Origin: Klebsormidium nitens
Taxonomy: Eukaryota; Plantae; Klebsormidiophyceae
Assembly (NCBI GenBank): GCA_000708835.1
Contig: DF237208.1
Coordinates: 1-64,000 of the forward strand
DNA: 64,000 nucleotides
Reading direction: 5' to 3'
Shown here: positions 39,400 through 51,386 of the stretch, piece after piece
Layout of the letters: every line of letters begins with the position of its first letter
Position numbering within the stretch: the stretch's first letter is position 1
Position numbers and translations under genes: made by a program
The notes under the pieces: generated by a model
The model's database searches: none
Seen by the model: the letters and a program-made list of their open reading frames with translations, nothing else
Told to the model about the DNA's origin: nothing

Positions 39400-41330
39400 T
39401 TGCTCGTAGAGATGTAGGATAGTGTTCTGCCTTCCCGAATCCCAGCGCCTCATACCACATAAAATCCTTGTTGAAGTCACTTTCAATCTGCAAAATTCTG
39501 CCGCGACCGCCCGCCGCGGCCGCAGTTCTTGGCGCGCAGCTGTACCAAATCTGAATCCCTGAGCGGCTGAACTCACGCCGCGCGGCGACCTTAGCCCGCG
39601 GGCGGCCGCGCGAAGTCGTTAAAGGGCGTTTACTTGACTGAGAGTGCTCCCTTCCTTTGCAATCATAAGAGGCGGGCTCAAAGAGACTTCTAAGGGCCCC
39701 ACGCTCAATGCCTGAAAAGATCGTCCAGCGCAACAGGTTTGTGGGTTTGAGAACGTGAGTCAAACCTGAAAGCGGCCGGGCCCCAACCAGTGACGGTCAG
39801 ATGAAAGGACAGACTGTGCGCCGGTTCTCTAATTGACCGCTATATTTCAAGCGGACAGTCGTCATGACATGAGTCTTTGCCCCCTGGATACTGGGTTCTG
39901 CATCTTTAGCTCGGCTAGCTTGGGCATGTCAATGGATAGATCAAGGTAGTAGACATGCATTCCTTTCGTGCTTTGGGTAGGAAAGACGCCTTGTGACCTT
40001 TTGACTGGACATCGTGTACTTGATCTATTACGAGCGTCAGATTCTTACTTTAATTCGAAAGAGCGCGCGACTGCCGAAAACATCTGGGAATTTCTGCTGC
40101 CACGGCGCACTCATGAGCGGATACAGTGAAGAGCAAAAGTTGCACAACTTATCCATTTCAAAGTCTCCTAAGTGAGCTTCGTGATTTTGGATCATCACCA
40201 TGACACAGAGGATACCAAAAGGGCCGTCCAAGCCACGGTTGGCAAGCAAGCAAACGGTGATGAGTTCCGACACTTAGTTTTGCACGAAAAAGGAGGGGCA
40301 GGCTTAAGAAGCGATCGAGCTAGCTTGGAATCTTTGAGGGAGGGCCGCTTAGGGCTTCAGCTTGCCCGCTCAGGGCTTCAGCTTGCAAGCTTCGGAGCCC
40401 CGTAACTTTTAACGGATTGGAAACATTCATGCAGTCAAAGTTCACATGCCACATCGAGCTCCAGGTCGTTCCCAGTTGGCATTTATGGTGCCAGCTTATG
40501 GTGCGCAGTTATAGGCCACCGCGAACGTGGGCTCTGAGGGTGCATGTACCTAGACATTAATGCAGAAGGAATGATCTCACGCGCGGCAAGCAATCCGGCT
40601 GCGGATCGGTTCCCAGCAGCTCAGTGCATGCATGTGCCATGCTTGATGGCAGGCCATTGTGTGGCCGGGCGCCCAGTATGTCGGACACGTTATCTAGCGC
40701 ATTACTATACACTCGCACGTACCATCGTCTCCAGAAATTGCATGGCAGTACACCAATGGTGGGCAACGCATTGGGCGTCGGATCTGCAGCGTCAACGCTG
40801 CACGAAGTGCGCCGGCTCTGCACGCGGAGTTCGAACTCGCTCGCACGATTAAAATGCAACCGTTTTGCCCGAACAAGTATACTCCCAATTGAACGACACG
40901 ATTGCAATGAATAGGCCGCTACTCCAGAAATTGAGGTTGACGGCATTGCCTTATATGCCTTATCCACCGGGAATCTGCGGTGGATCCTGTCATCACATGT
41001 TGCAATGACGGTCAGCCGTCATTTAACATGTGACCTGGGCAGGTGTAGGAACTATACACGAGGTCAACGCAACATTAGCAAGGCCAGATCGTGCTATGCC
41101 TTATTGCAGAGTTCTCCAGTGCAAGAGTGCGCCGTAAAATCCGGGTCCACAATGCCGCCAACTACCTAGTCCAAAATCACAAGTTAGGAGAAGCTTGCCG
41201 TTGCCTTTTGAGAAATGAATGCTCCTCAGCACCTGACACATTGCAAAATTTCAAACACCAGCCTTGCGGCATCCTGTTCATCGATCGGATATATACAAGC
41301 AGTCGTCAGTAGGCTCAGTGGCTTCTCACG

Positions 41331-43896
41331 TCATCTCCTGAGAAAGTAGATAAGCAGGAATATTGCAACACAAGAAGCTACGATGTAGAATATTTGCCGG
41401 CCGGACTTCGTTTGAAAAACCTGCAACGAAGGAGTAAGAACCGTCAACTTAATAGTGATGGTGCTAACAAACTACCAGCTCCCCTGTCGTTTGAAGTCAT
41501 ATCCGACTCTCATGATAATAACCCAAAAGCAATCCTTGCTGGCGGAGAACCAAAGAACTGCAGTGCTGCAATCGCCGGAGCCCTCGGAAAACGTGTCTCA
41601 TTGAGCAGTGCCGTAAAAGGAACGCCTTTTACGGCACCCAACAAAGCTGGTGAAGACAAAATGGAGGCACGTACCTTCGTCATGCGGTCTACCGTCCCAG
41701 ACAGCATGCCACGTGCGCCATCCATGTTTCTTCCCTGTGAAACCGAGCACCCCATGAGCATCAGTTCGCAGTTCGGGCATTTGATTTCTTCCTCCAGAGC
41801 TTTTCATCCGTAATATGGAGAAAAACCCCTCCAACTAAAAGCATTTCTCTGCGATATTGGTTCTTATCTGACGAGCTCGTTCGTCCGGGGAGACTCACAA
41901 TCATTCTATGATCCGAGGGCGGCCTGCTTATTTCGGACACCATAAGCGTGGTTTATTTTCCAACAAATGACGAGCAACGATCCTTGCAGTATGCAGAGAG
42001 GAAGGTGGACGCTGATTGTCCATTTGCAATGGATGATCCGGGGTTTCCATTCTTTTTGAAGAGTCTGCTGGGTCCTTCAATATTTGAGGGAGGACTCGGA
42101 AATTTGAATGATAGACCACGTTCAGTCCAGAAGCAGAGGCTGGCTGAAATAGATAGAGCCCAGCGCTGAACGGGTCTGTGGGCCATACGATTCCAAGACA
42201 TGCATTCCACAGGAAACTCGGTACGCTGAGCTGCAGTGACCTAGCTGTAAACTTCGGACCGCTAGGATGGATGGTATTACGTTTTGTGGCCCTCTCATTT
42301 GGACTCACTCAAGCGTCCTCATAGAGATCCGGACAGCCTGGCTGCACAGAAGCTCATGCAAAGACAGACAAAGCGTCCTGATCCCGACCGGCACACACCA
42401 ATTGATATTGAGTCATTCAATTGTTCCTGAGTGTTCTCCGTTTTTAAATCTGCGAGCAGGGGCCTAACATTCGTGGCGGCCATGTTGTTGAAAATTTGTT
42501 ACAACTACAAAGCCGACCTTCCAAGTGAGTCCTGAAGAGGTACTCACCATTTGGTCTAAGAGCGAATGGTGCGACTCGGCCTCGCTGTGTATGTCTGTTG
42601 TAATCTGCAGGCACCACGGACGAGGTCTGAGGGCTGGAACAACATGCTAACAATGAACCGTAGCGCAGCAGTAAACAAGAGCACGACCGCACCTCCGAGC
42701 AAATGGATCGTAAGTCGGATATTGACAGACTGGCCCAATGAAAGGAAATGAACCCAAAATAAAATCATGGGCTCTAAAGATTGGTCAAAGAGCATGTTGG
42801 CATCAAGAAGATTGCTGGCTGCAAGTAATGTCAAGATCCGTTGGCCATGCCACGCTTCCGGAGCTGAAACATCAGACTGCAATGAAGCGCTGATGTAATG
42901 TTCAGCCGACAGCGTAAACACAAGTTTTCTCAAAAGGGCATGCTGACATTGAGGGCGGGTAGACGTATGTATGGTCACAGGATGCGCTACTTCTTGAAAG
43001 GACTCTTTTGCACAAGGGCAACGAGCAGAAGACTATCTCAGGAGATAGAGACATAAGATAGAATCCAAAAACCATCTGAGGGCACATGAAGGCCTTTGCT
43101 GCGGGGATGTCCCCAAACCACGACGCGACGAGAGACAGCCACAAAAACGTCTACCCTGTTCCTAACGGACCGCGCAGCCCAATCCTGGGCTATACATATA
43201 GGTAGGCTCCTCGAAGCACAGCCTGCAATCCTCTGAGAATTGGTGAAACCACTTTGCTATGCTGATTCCTCCCCTTGTCCTGACTCACCCTCTTCAGGAT
43301 GCTGACCCGGTCCGCCAGCGTGTCCAAACCCCTCTCATTCTCCTGCTCTGCTATTTCCGATGTGCTGAAGCTTGTTCCTGCCCGCAAGCCACCCTCTTCA
43401 AGGCCATCGAACAGAGCAGCTCGCGCATTACCTCCTCGGGTGGTGTCGCTGCACAAAACACACACTTTTGTTGCTAGAAGATAGTCGCTCCTAATCAAGC
43501 AATGGTCAATCTGTTTCATCATCTCCCAACTTTTGAAACATAGAATTTGACTGAGTGGTTACACTCTTCTGAGCACCTTCATCTTTCACAGCTAAAAATG
43601 AAACCCTAAACTTGAAAATTGGCAAATTAAACTCCGCACTTTTTAGCACCATACAGATGCCATCAATGAGCTCTGACGACTCACAGCGATACCCCTTGCG
43701 TCCAGCTACTTTGTTTCCCGAATATGTCCCACCAGATTGGGGAAAGTTTCTGAAGAGCAAGTGCCTTCAGAGACACAGCATGGCAAAAATCATTCCAATG
43801 CGCACGTCCTCAGGGATCCTCTCGCTCGTTCAAAGGGAAAATGATGCAAGGAGGAATAGACCAGTAGCTCCGCACTCACCGCTTCCCAAGATTCAT
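41331..43896 (-). CDS. BET1: Bet1-like Qc-SNARE (BET11/BET12 type), 127 aa
   Basis: Exons 43896-43880, 43448-43289, 42604-42548, 41734-41675, 41420-41331 (384 nt). Translation: RAALFDGLEEGGLR...EQENERGLDTLADRVSILKRITTDIHSEAESHHSLLDQMGRNMDGARGMLSGTVDRMTKVFQTKSGR, then a C-terminal TM helix. Confidence 0.95.
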
Positions 43897-45595
43897 ATTC
43901 CGCCCGCCCGCCAGCACAGAGGGTTCAACTGCTGCGGCGTCCTCGCTTTCCTTCTTAAGGTGCTTGGAGGATGACAGCATGAAGGATAGCAAGGGGGGAC
44001 GCTCGAAGCTGCGGCTTAGCGCCTTCTATGGCTCCCTGAAAGCATAAGATTAAATGTTGAACCTATCCTTGAACTGACTCGTGAGTGTTGCGGCATCGGA
44101 TGATAAGCAAGTCGTTCCAAATTTCTCGCCCTCTCTCGTTGCCTAACTCGTGCCAGCAAAACTCGGCTCGCTCGTCGACCGCCAACCATTTAATGACCAA
44201 TTATTGAAAAGCGCTCGGGGAATCCAGAAATTCACTGCCGAGAATCGAGCCTCGATGACAGTACACAACTGCAATATGGTGACTCAATCTGAATATGACT
44301 CTAAAGAATAGGTACGCTGCCCCAAATTGTGGACTAAGGGCATATGCAGGTTTTTGGGATGTTCGCGACGAGCAGTCCTGAAAATCATAGATACGTGTAG
44401 TACTCCTGATTGGCTGCCGGCAGCAGCTTTATAGCACGCAGCAAGAGCTGCATAAAGAGCAACGTCATCATGCAACCTTAGTACGCGTGCTTCTTTTGCC
44501 GATGCAATCTCGTCGTTGAGTCAGCTGTTGCTGTGCATTGTTAGATATTGGCAAAGAGCGAGGTCTCTAAATTAACCCCGTGTGTGGTCGACGCTTATCC
44601 ACCCTTGAAACTCTTTCTTTACTGAGGCTTGGGGCGCCCAAGCAGAACTGCAAGTACAATCGAAACTGCAAAAGCAAGTAATGTAGTTCACCTTGAACGA
44701 AACTGAAACTTGACGCACAACCTTATGATGGTTCTCTGCGGTGACGACCTCTTTTCCTCTTTCATCGATATATGCTGGTCGCGAGAGAGAGTCCTCGCTA
44801 CGCAGGCTGTGAGGCTGTCATCACCGGCTCCTGGGTTGGGGCTACGACTCTACTTGTTATAGGCAACCGGCTTGTCCGGCTCGGTAGCACCAATCAAGGC
44901 CCCCGAGTCTTCTTACAGTATTCATAAGCTCTCAGGCTCAGGCTTTCTTCTGAACTCGGCAGCGACCGGGAAATTCTTGACTGAGCTCTACGGGTGGCGT
45001 TTAGTCGATGCCGTTCTCCGCTCAGCTTTTAGGCGTATTAAGCGGACACGTAGCTTGGAGTCAAACCCCGGCAGTGAGAGGTGCGTGGACTCGAGCTGGT
45101 CACATCAAAGTGGTTTCCAAAAGGTGTCTCCAATCATATGGCAGGTCGTTAAAGCAGGGCCCCGAAAAAGACGTGCTTCAGTCAGAAGTTGACGTGACTG
45201 GCCGCTTGCAAGTCTATCTTTGCTTCTCAGGACTCATGCTGACTGAATGCTAATTCTGCAATGGCAACATGGAGCCCCCTACGCAATGACAACATGGAAT
45301 CTCGCTTAACAGGCTAGAAGGGGTCTCATTTTACATTGAGGTCCTGTCAAAAGTTGGGACCTTAGCGAAAGAGCATAGCTGAGAGCCCCCTCTTGACTGG
45401 CTGCAATGTGAGAAGCTCCTTTCCGTCCAGTACATGGGCCGTATTGAGAAGTGCGGTCGCCTTCTAGAAAAGCCATTCCTTAGGTCTTCAAAGAGTTTCC
45501 CTCCTTCAAGGAAATTGAGAATGTGAGAACAGTGTGCTAGTCTGCGTTTGAAGCATTCCTCCCAAAAAGATCAGGTAAAAGTAAACAAGAAGAAG

Positions 45596-47185
45596 ATGGA
45601 AGATGACGGTATCGACGGTAAAGTGCATTTTGCGTGTCTGCTTGGGTGCCTCCTCTTAGTGGGCACACAGTACTACGTCCTTGAGACGGTGCGTGATCAT
45701 CGAAGTCACACTCACTTCTCCGAAAACAGCAGCACCATTGACAGTGACATTCTTCCCGAACAAAACGCATCAGACGCAGTCATAGACGTACCAGCCAAAA
45801 GTATGTCGGTCCCGGCGCGGTGCGAACCGGGCGATACGGAAGTCCCAGACGCGTCGCCAGAAGAATGTGTCTTGGCTTGCCAACAAGACGAGACGTGCGC
45901 TGTTCCCCTTTTCCAGAGAGCGGAACATGCAACCAGCGAAGTTAGGCTGGGGATATGTTGCCTGGTAAAGTTGGAGTCTCCAGCTGTTGGGGAAGAAAGT
46001 TGGGTAAGGACAGCTGGCAGGTGGAAATTACGCGGGGGGGTGCGGAACGATGGCGAGAGGTAAGCTGCTAAAGATGGGTGAATGCATTACATGCATTGTC
46101 AACCAGATTCATTTCTAGCATAGGAAGGTTCGCGCCAGAACAGAGCTCAATAACCTGTCCAAGTTCACCAGCGCTCAACCAGTTTGCTCCGGTAGAAGGG
46201 CAGCTAACCATTGCCTAACCAGGCTTGGTTGGGTGTGCTTTTACCATGTAACTTAGGAAGGGACAGTCGTGCTGGCGTTGTGCTGATACGGCCTGTGCTG
46301 TTCTTGTCCCGTGTTGGTAGGAAACGATTGGTAACTGCGAATTGATGGAAGGGGGCAAAAGGGGGGAGTTTTGAGAGGTGTAGGTTCAGTGGGCTGTTGA
46401 CAGACAACGTCACTTTTGGATGCGTCCCTTGATTGCTCGCTTTGATTTCCACTGTGCGTCCTGGTCATGTCAAAAAGACGGGGTTGCTTATTCTGCTAGG
46501 GGATACATCGGTTCTTATGCTTCTTTCCACTTGCTCAGTAGGTTTCGGTGTAATCGTGATCGATAATAAGCAACATTGTCACCACACACCAGCTGGTTCC
46601 TCCAGAAGGGACTCGATTCGAAGGAGAACCGCTCTTGCACAATCAAATGACCGCTTCACTTTTCCTCTCCTCTATTTTGACAGCAACTTTTGCCTTCTCC
46701 GTCAAGCTCCTTTCAAGACAAATCAGGAACTAATGACCAATACTTTGAACGGCTATTCGGTCCATTCTTCTTTGAAGAACGCTCTTGCGTCAACAGCTAG
46801 AGAACGTTTGCTGACACGGGCCCTTATCACCGAAAGCAAACATGTCCACTCTGCAGCCTTCAAGTCATACCCGTTGATTCCTTGTCTGCTCAGGATGGGA
46901 CGCCAAGTATCCGACCCAGAGAGGATCAGCGCTTGAGAGGCGCCAGCGTGGCTGCCATGTAATTTGCGGACTGGCAAAGCCGACTGCTCATCCGCGCCTC
47001 ACGTCAGCAATGACATCATCATCACAGAGAGCTCCTGCGCAGGACCTGGTCAGATGTATATATACGCAGCCGGCTATTGCTCCTGCCCGCCAACGTATTA
47101 CTGGGCTGTGCGAACGCGTATCGTCGTGTACGGCCTCGTATGGAAGCTCCAGCGGGACGTGCAGGACGTGAAACAATGGGATTGA
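45596..47185 (+). CDS. Cys-rich membrane-anchored protein with PAN/Apple-like module, paralog A (3' part possibly frameshifted or pseudogenised)
   Basis: Exon 45596-45964 has an N-terminal hydrophobic helix and SPEECVLACQQDETCAVPLFQ...ICCL|GT. The downstream frame 46964-47185 (GKADCSSAPHVSND...SCAGPG...YCSCPPTY) resembles the paralog at 48611, but I found no phase-compatible acceptor. Confidence 0.45.
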
Positions 47186-48610
47186 GTAGTTCAGTAGATG
47201 GGAAGGTTTGGTTTTGGCGTGCTTAGGTATACGAGCTGGAAAAGGGTGGTCCGATTGAGAAGGTGATCAGGGGTGATAACCAAAGCGTCATACTAGAGTC
47301 TAAAATTTAAGTCCTGTCTACTATAGCTTTTGGAGTAGAGGAAGTTTTAGGCTCCGTTGGATCCAGGGGTGAAGGACATTTGTGTTGTTCTAGTCAAGGC
47401 TTCGTAGCACGCAAAGAAGGAATTCAAATGGGTCGTAACAGTGAATGATCGCCGGATATAGCAGAGAACATTTCTTTACCGGCCAAAGTTGAGTCTTTCA
47501 AGTTGCGTCTGAAGATATGCCAGGGACACACATTGTCCATGCAGCGGTTGCGCGCATTCTGGAGTCCTATAAAGAGAGCTGTTTGTAATAACTAAATAGT
47601 TCATTTGGGGCCGTCAAAAGGTTGGCCCATATACTACGCCAGGTTATATGCGCATGCTTGAAACGCTCTCCTAAGTGGGCAGCTCGTGGCACTATTGCGA
47701 AAATGGAGCCGCCAAGCGGGGCAATGAGTGTACGCCTGAGATAAGCGGCCCAAAGAGGCACTTGTGGCTGCCATGGCGCGATGGATCCCGTGTGTCCTTA
47801 TGCGAAGTGACTTCCGTTAGTCTTTTGCCAATCTCAATCATTGAGACGAGTTATCACGCAACAGCGCCTTGAAGAACCGTCGCATCACTGTACTCTCGAT
47901 GTCATGTTGACGTAAGCACATTCAAAAGTGAGAAATTAATCGGGCACTCGGGTAGGAGTCGAGATTTCCCCGATCGACGTCCCGTCACCGACATACTCAG
48001 TTCTGTGACCTCTATTGACTCACTGACTTCTAAGCGAAATTATCTCTCGCTCTCCGGGCGTTTCCTGATTTGAATATGATTGCGCAACTGGCTTCTCGTC
48101 ATCAGAACGGGAGTACTGAATCGCTCTGAGACGCTCGCCGGAGCGGGACTGTACCGCAACAATTGACGTGACAGGAACTCTGCTTCAACTTTTCTTTTGA
48201 AGAGTCTCATGCAGCAAAAGCTGTACCGCAGGGTCGTCAATGTAGACTGTTCGAAAGTCAACAGAGGCAGTGCATTGAAAGTTTTCGTGTTGCATAATGA
48301 TAAAGGGCAACCACCTTGACAAACGGTTGCATTCGTACGTGAATTTGAGCGAGCGGAACTGAATGTTCGCAATCAGTTCAGTAGAGCCAGATCTGGAGCA
48401 CCCAGATGTCAAATCAAACATTCAAAATCCACGTGAAACCCGTGGTTTATATGAAGGCTCAGTTTGATACGAAAGGCATGCCCATGGGCACATCGAGGAC
48501 CGGCTTGTAGCAAATGCTTTGTTCAGCGCAACAATCCTAAAATCAGGCTGAGGTGGCGGACCTCCACAAGCTCTAGCAATCAAAAGTAAAGACATCATTC
48601 GACCGAAGCG

Positions 48611-50029
48611 ATGGAAGAAGACCGGCCAGCGCTCTTCCCCTTCTTGCTGCTCTGCTTGGCCGTTATCGCAGCGGACGTTCTGTTAGTGATGTCCTTCAAC
48701 CCGCCAAGCTTCAGCAGTCGTGAAGCCCGACAGATCACAGACTCTTTCCAAGATGAACAAACAAAGTTGCTCTCAGATCCGCCAAACGTTGTGGGCGTAG
48801 TTCTGCCCCGGTGCATGGATCAGGCAACCGGGGACGTGCTCCCGTCTCTGAATACTTGCGCCATAGCAGGTTGCGACAGAACAAGGGGATGTGCTGGGTT
48901 TGTGTATCAGGTAACAAAGGAGGTGATCAAAGAAACTGGATCCAGCGAAGCGCCACAGCGGTGCTGTATGGTGAGGGTTTCATGTATACAACGAAAAGAG
49001 GTCGTCAAAGGAGACCGCTTTAGCTTTGAGCTCACTGGTCTCAAAACCCACGTTTTGGAGAACCCATCTTCCGCGTGGTTGCGTATCCTCTTCGCGTTGT
49101 CTCTTACACTTGGCAATCGTGATGATCAAGGGATTGTCTTTGCACCATTGCATTGGTTTCCCGATCGGGCTGTGCTTGAACAATCTTCAAAAGGTCCCTC
49201 GGTCCGACTCCAAAAGAGTCACTTGCTGTTTGTCATTTATTTGATCAGAACTCCTTCCTTAAGCTTGATATTTTGCTGCAAACCTGCCGCAGTGCAAGCC
49301 CAGCCACGGAGTGATTGTTTGGGTCTTGATGCAGATGAGGTGACCGCTCCAAAGCCAATTTAATAGCAATGCGTGAACTTTCTGCACGAGATTCAACGTG
49401 GGTCCCACAAAGTGCTGGCAAATCTGCAAGGTCTGATAAGATCCATGTGTCATCTCCTATTTCAATTCACGATTCTCGATACCTTTTTCCAGATATTAGC
49501 ACCTCCTTTTTCGGCGAAGGAGGCCGAAGGAAAGAAACACGGCCTGAGAAGCAGCCGCCGCGATCTGCGGGGCGGGCGCGCTCTGCTGACGACCGGAGAC
49601 GACTGCCGAGTTGTTCCTGACGTCAGCAACGGCACCGCTACGAGCGGCGCTTGTGCAGCATCGGGGGCGTTTACGCACCCGGGCTGCTGCTCGATCGCCT
49701 GCGTATCCTACGGCTACTCGATCTCGTATTGCTCGTGCACAGCCGCTTATATGACCGAAAACGTCACCTGCGGACGTGGCGGCTCCTTTGTGCCCGCGTG
49801 CTGTCGAAGTGACGATGCGGTCTCTGCTCTCGTTGAAGCTCGGAACCAGGATAACAGAGTCTTCCGATCGTACTTTTCAGAATTGCCGGAGTCCTCGTCG
49901 GATAGAGACGTGACGCGTACCGAGTTGAAGATGACGATCCTGATCGTGGTGATGCAAGGTGCCGTCATAGCGGTAGTGTTGGGAGTTGTCGCCCGAGAGT
50001 TTCTTTCGAATCGAAAGAGGCGGTGCTGA
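48611..50029 (+). CDS. Cys-rich two-TM membrane protein with PAN/Apple-like module, paralog B, about 298 aa
   Basis: Exons 48611-48970 and 49493-50029 (phase 0, GT-AG). N-terminal TM; LNTCAIAGCDRTRGCAGFVYQ...RCCM; a second Cys-rich block with NGT and NVT sequons; C-terminal TM TILIVVMQGAVIAVVLGVVA followed by a basic tail. Confidence 0.7.
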
Positions 50030-51386
50030 TCCTGTAGTTTCATCGCCATATGCGGGCATCATTGCAATCAAGCTCCCATAATTCTGGTAGCAGTCCAAGT
50101 AGAGCTGTTGCCGTCCAGATTTATACTGAGTTCAGAGTCTTTGCCTTTATAATCCAAATATAAGAAAGGGTACGCATCACAAATGTCGAATTGAATCAAG
50201 GATGTTCCAAATTCGGATACAGAACAGGCTGTGCTCGCCCTTAAGCAGCCACACGTAGCAACATCAGTCAAGCGGCCGCGCGACCGTTGTCAAGAGACAT
50301 ACGTGGGCCGCTTAGCGGTCCAAAGGTTAGTCGGTTTGTTGCCCGCACAGGTTCCTCCATCGTCGAGCTCAGCAGCTCCCCGCATGCAGGTTTAGATATT
50401 GCAAGGATTGCCCGTTTTTGCCTTACCGGCCAAGCTACTGCACCCCGCTTATCACGCAGCGGATGCACTGAACAACCTGGCGAGGGTCGTCTCAACATAC
50501 GCCTGAGTGTGATTGGAGCCACTGCATGGTTGACTCTCGCTTAAGCACGACGCACTCCTGAGTCCTCATTACAGTGACATTGCCGGACTAGGCGGCCGCG
50601 ATCTCGGACATGCATGACAAGATCGGATCAAGTTAATTGGCCGGCCGATATCTGGCGCAGACCACAGTGACATGTGATGCCTATATCTTAACAGGACTTC
50701 CGATCGAAGTTCACATGCATATTGTTCTGTTTTACGATCGACACAATGAACTCAGTCGCGGTAGCCGCTGAGCACGTCAGCTTCATTTTGCATCATTGGC
50801 AGAAGTGCTGTTACATGACGCGTCCCTGGCAGCGCACACCCGCTCGAGGTCCATATAAATTGCGCCGCGTTGTGCAACAACCTATTGAATGATCGCTTTG
50901 CAAATGCAGCATTGACTTATGTCCTCGATTCTTGGTTCAGGGGATGTAAAAACATGCAAAGCCCACAAAGATGTCGAACTCTACAGTCGTCAACTTCCTA
51001 AACCCACAACTTAGACTTGAACCAGCGTTCCGACTTCAGAGAACCAGATTATTATGCCGCACTTTAACATTCGCACTGGATCGCAACGGGCTTGATGCTT
51101 AAAGCAGCTTAAGTTGCACGTCGACAGGGCTATGGTATACTCTGACGACTTTCGAACTGCGGTTGGGTCTGGACGGTTCCGAGAGCTATACCCTCTGGCA
51201 GGATCCGATTTTCCAAACGGGGCCACCAATATGTTCACTCCCGGCAGGCTCCTTCTCTCATGTAAGTCGGAGCCTATGCTAGGTGCAACTCGGTCAAATG
51301 ATCAAAAGATGACATGCGCTTCTCAAGCGCGCACGTCAACACAAACACAGACGTTTCAGCGACTCTACTTCCTTTTTCTCTTTCAC

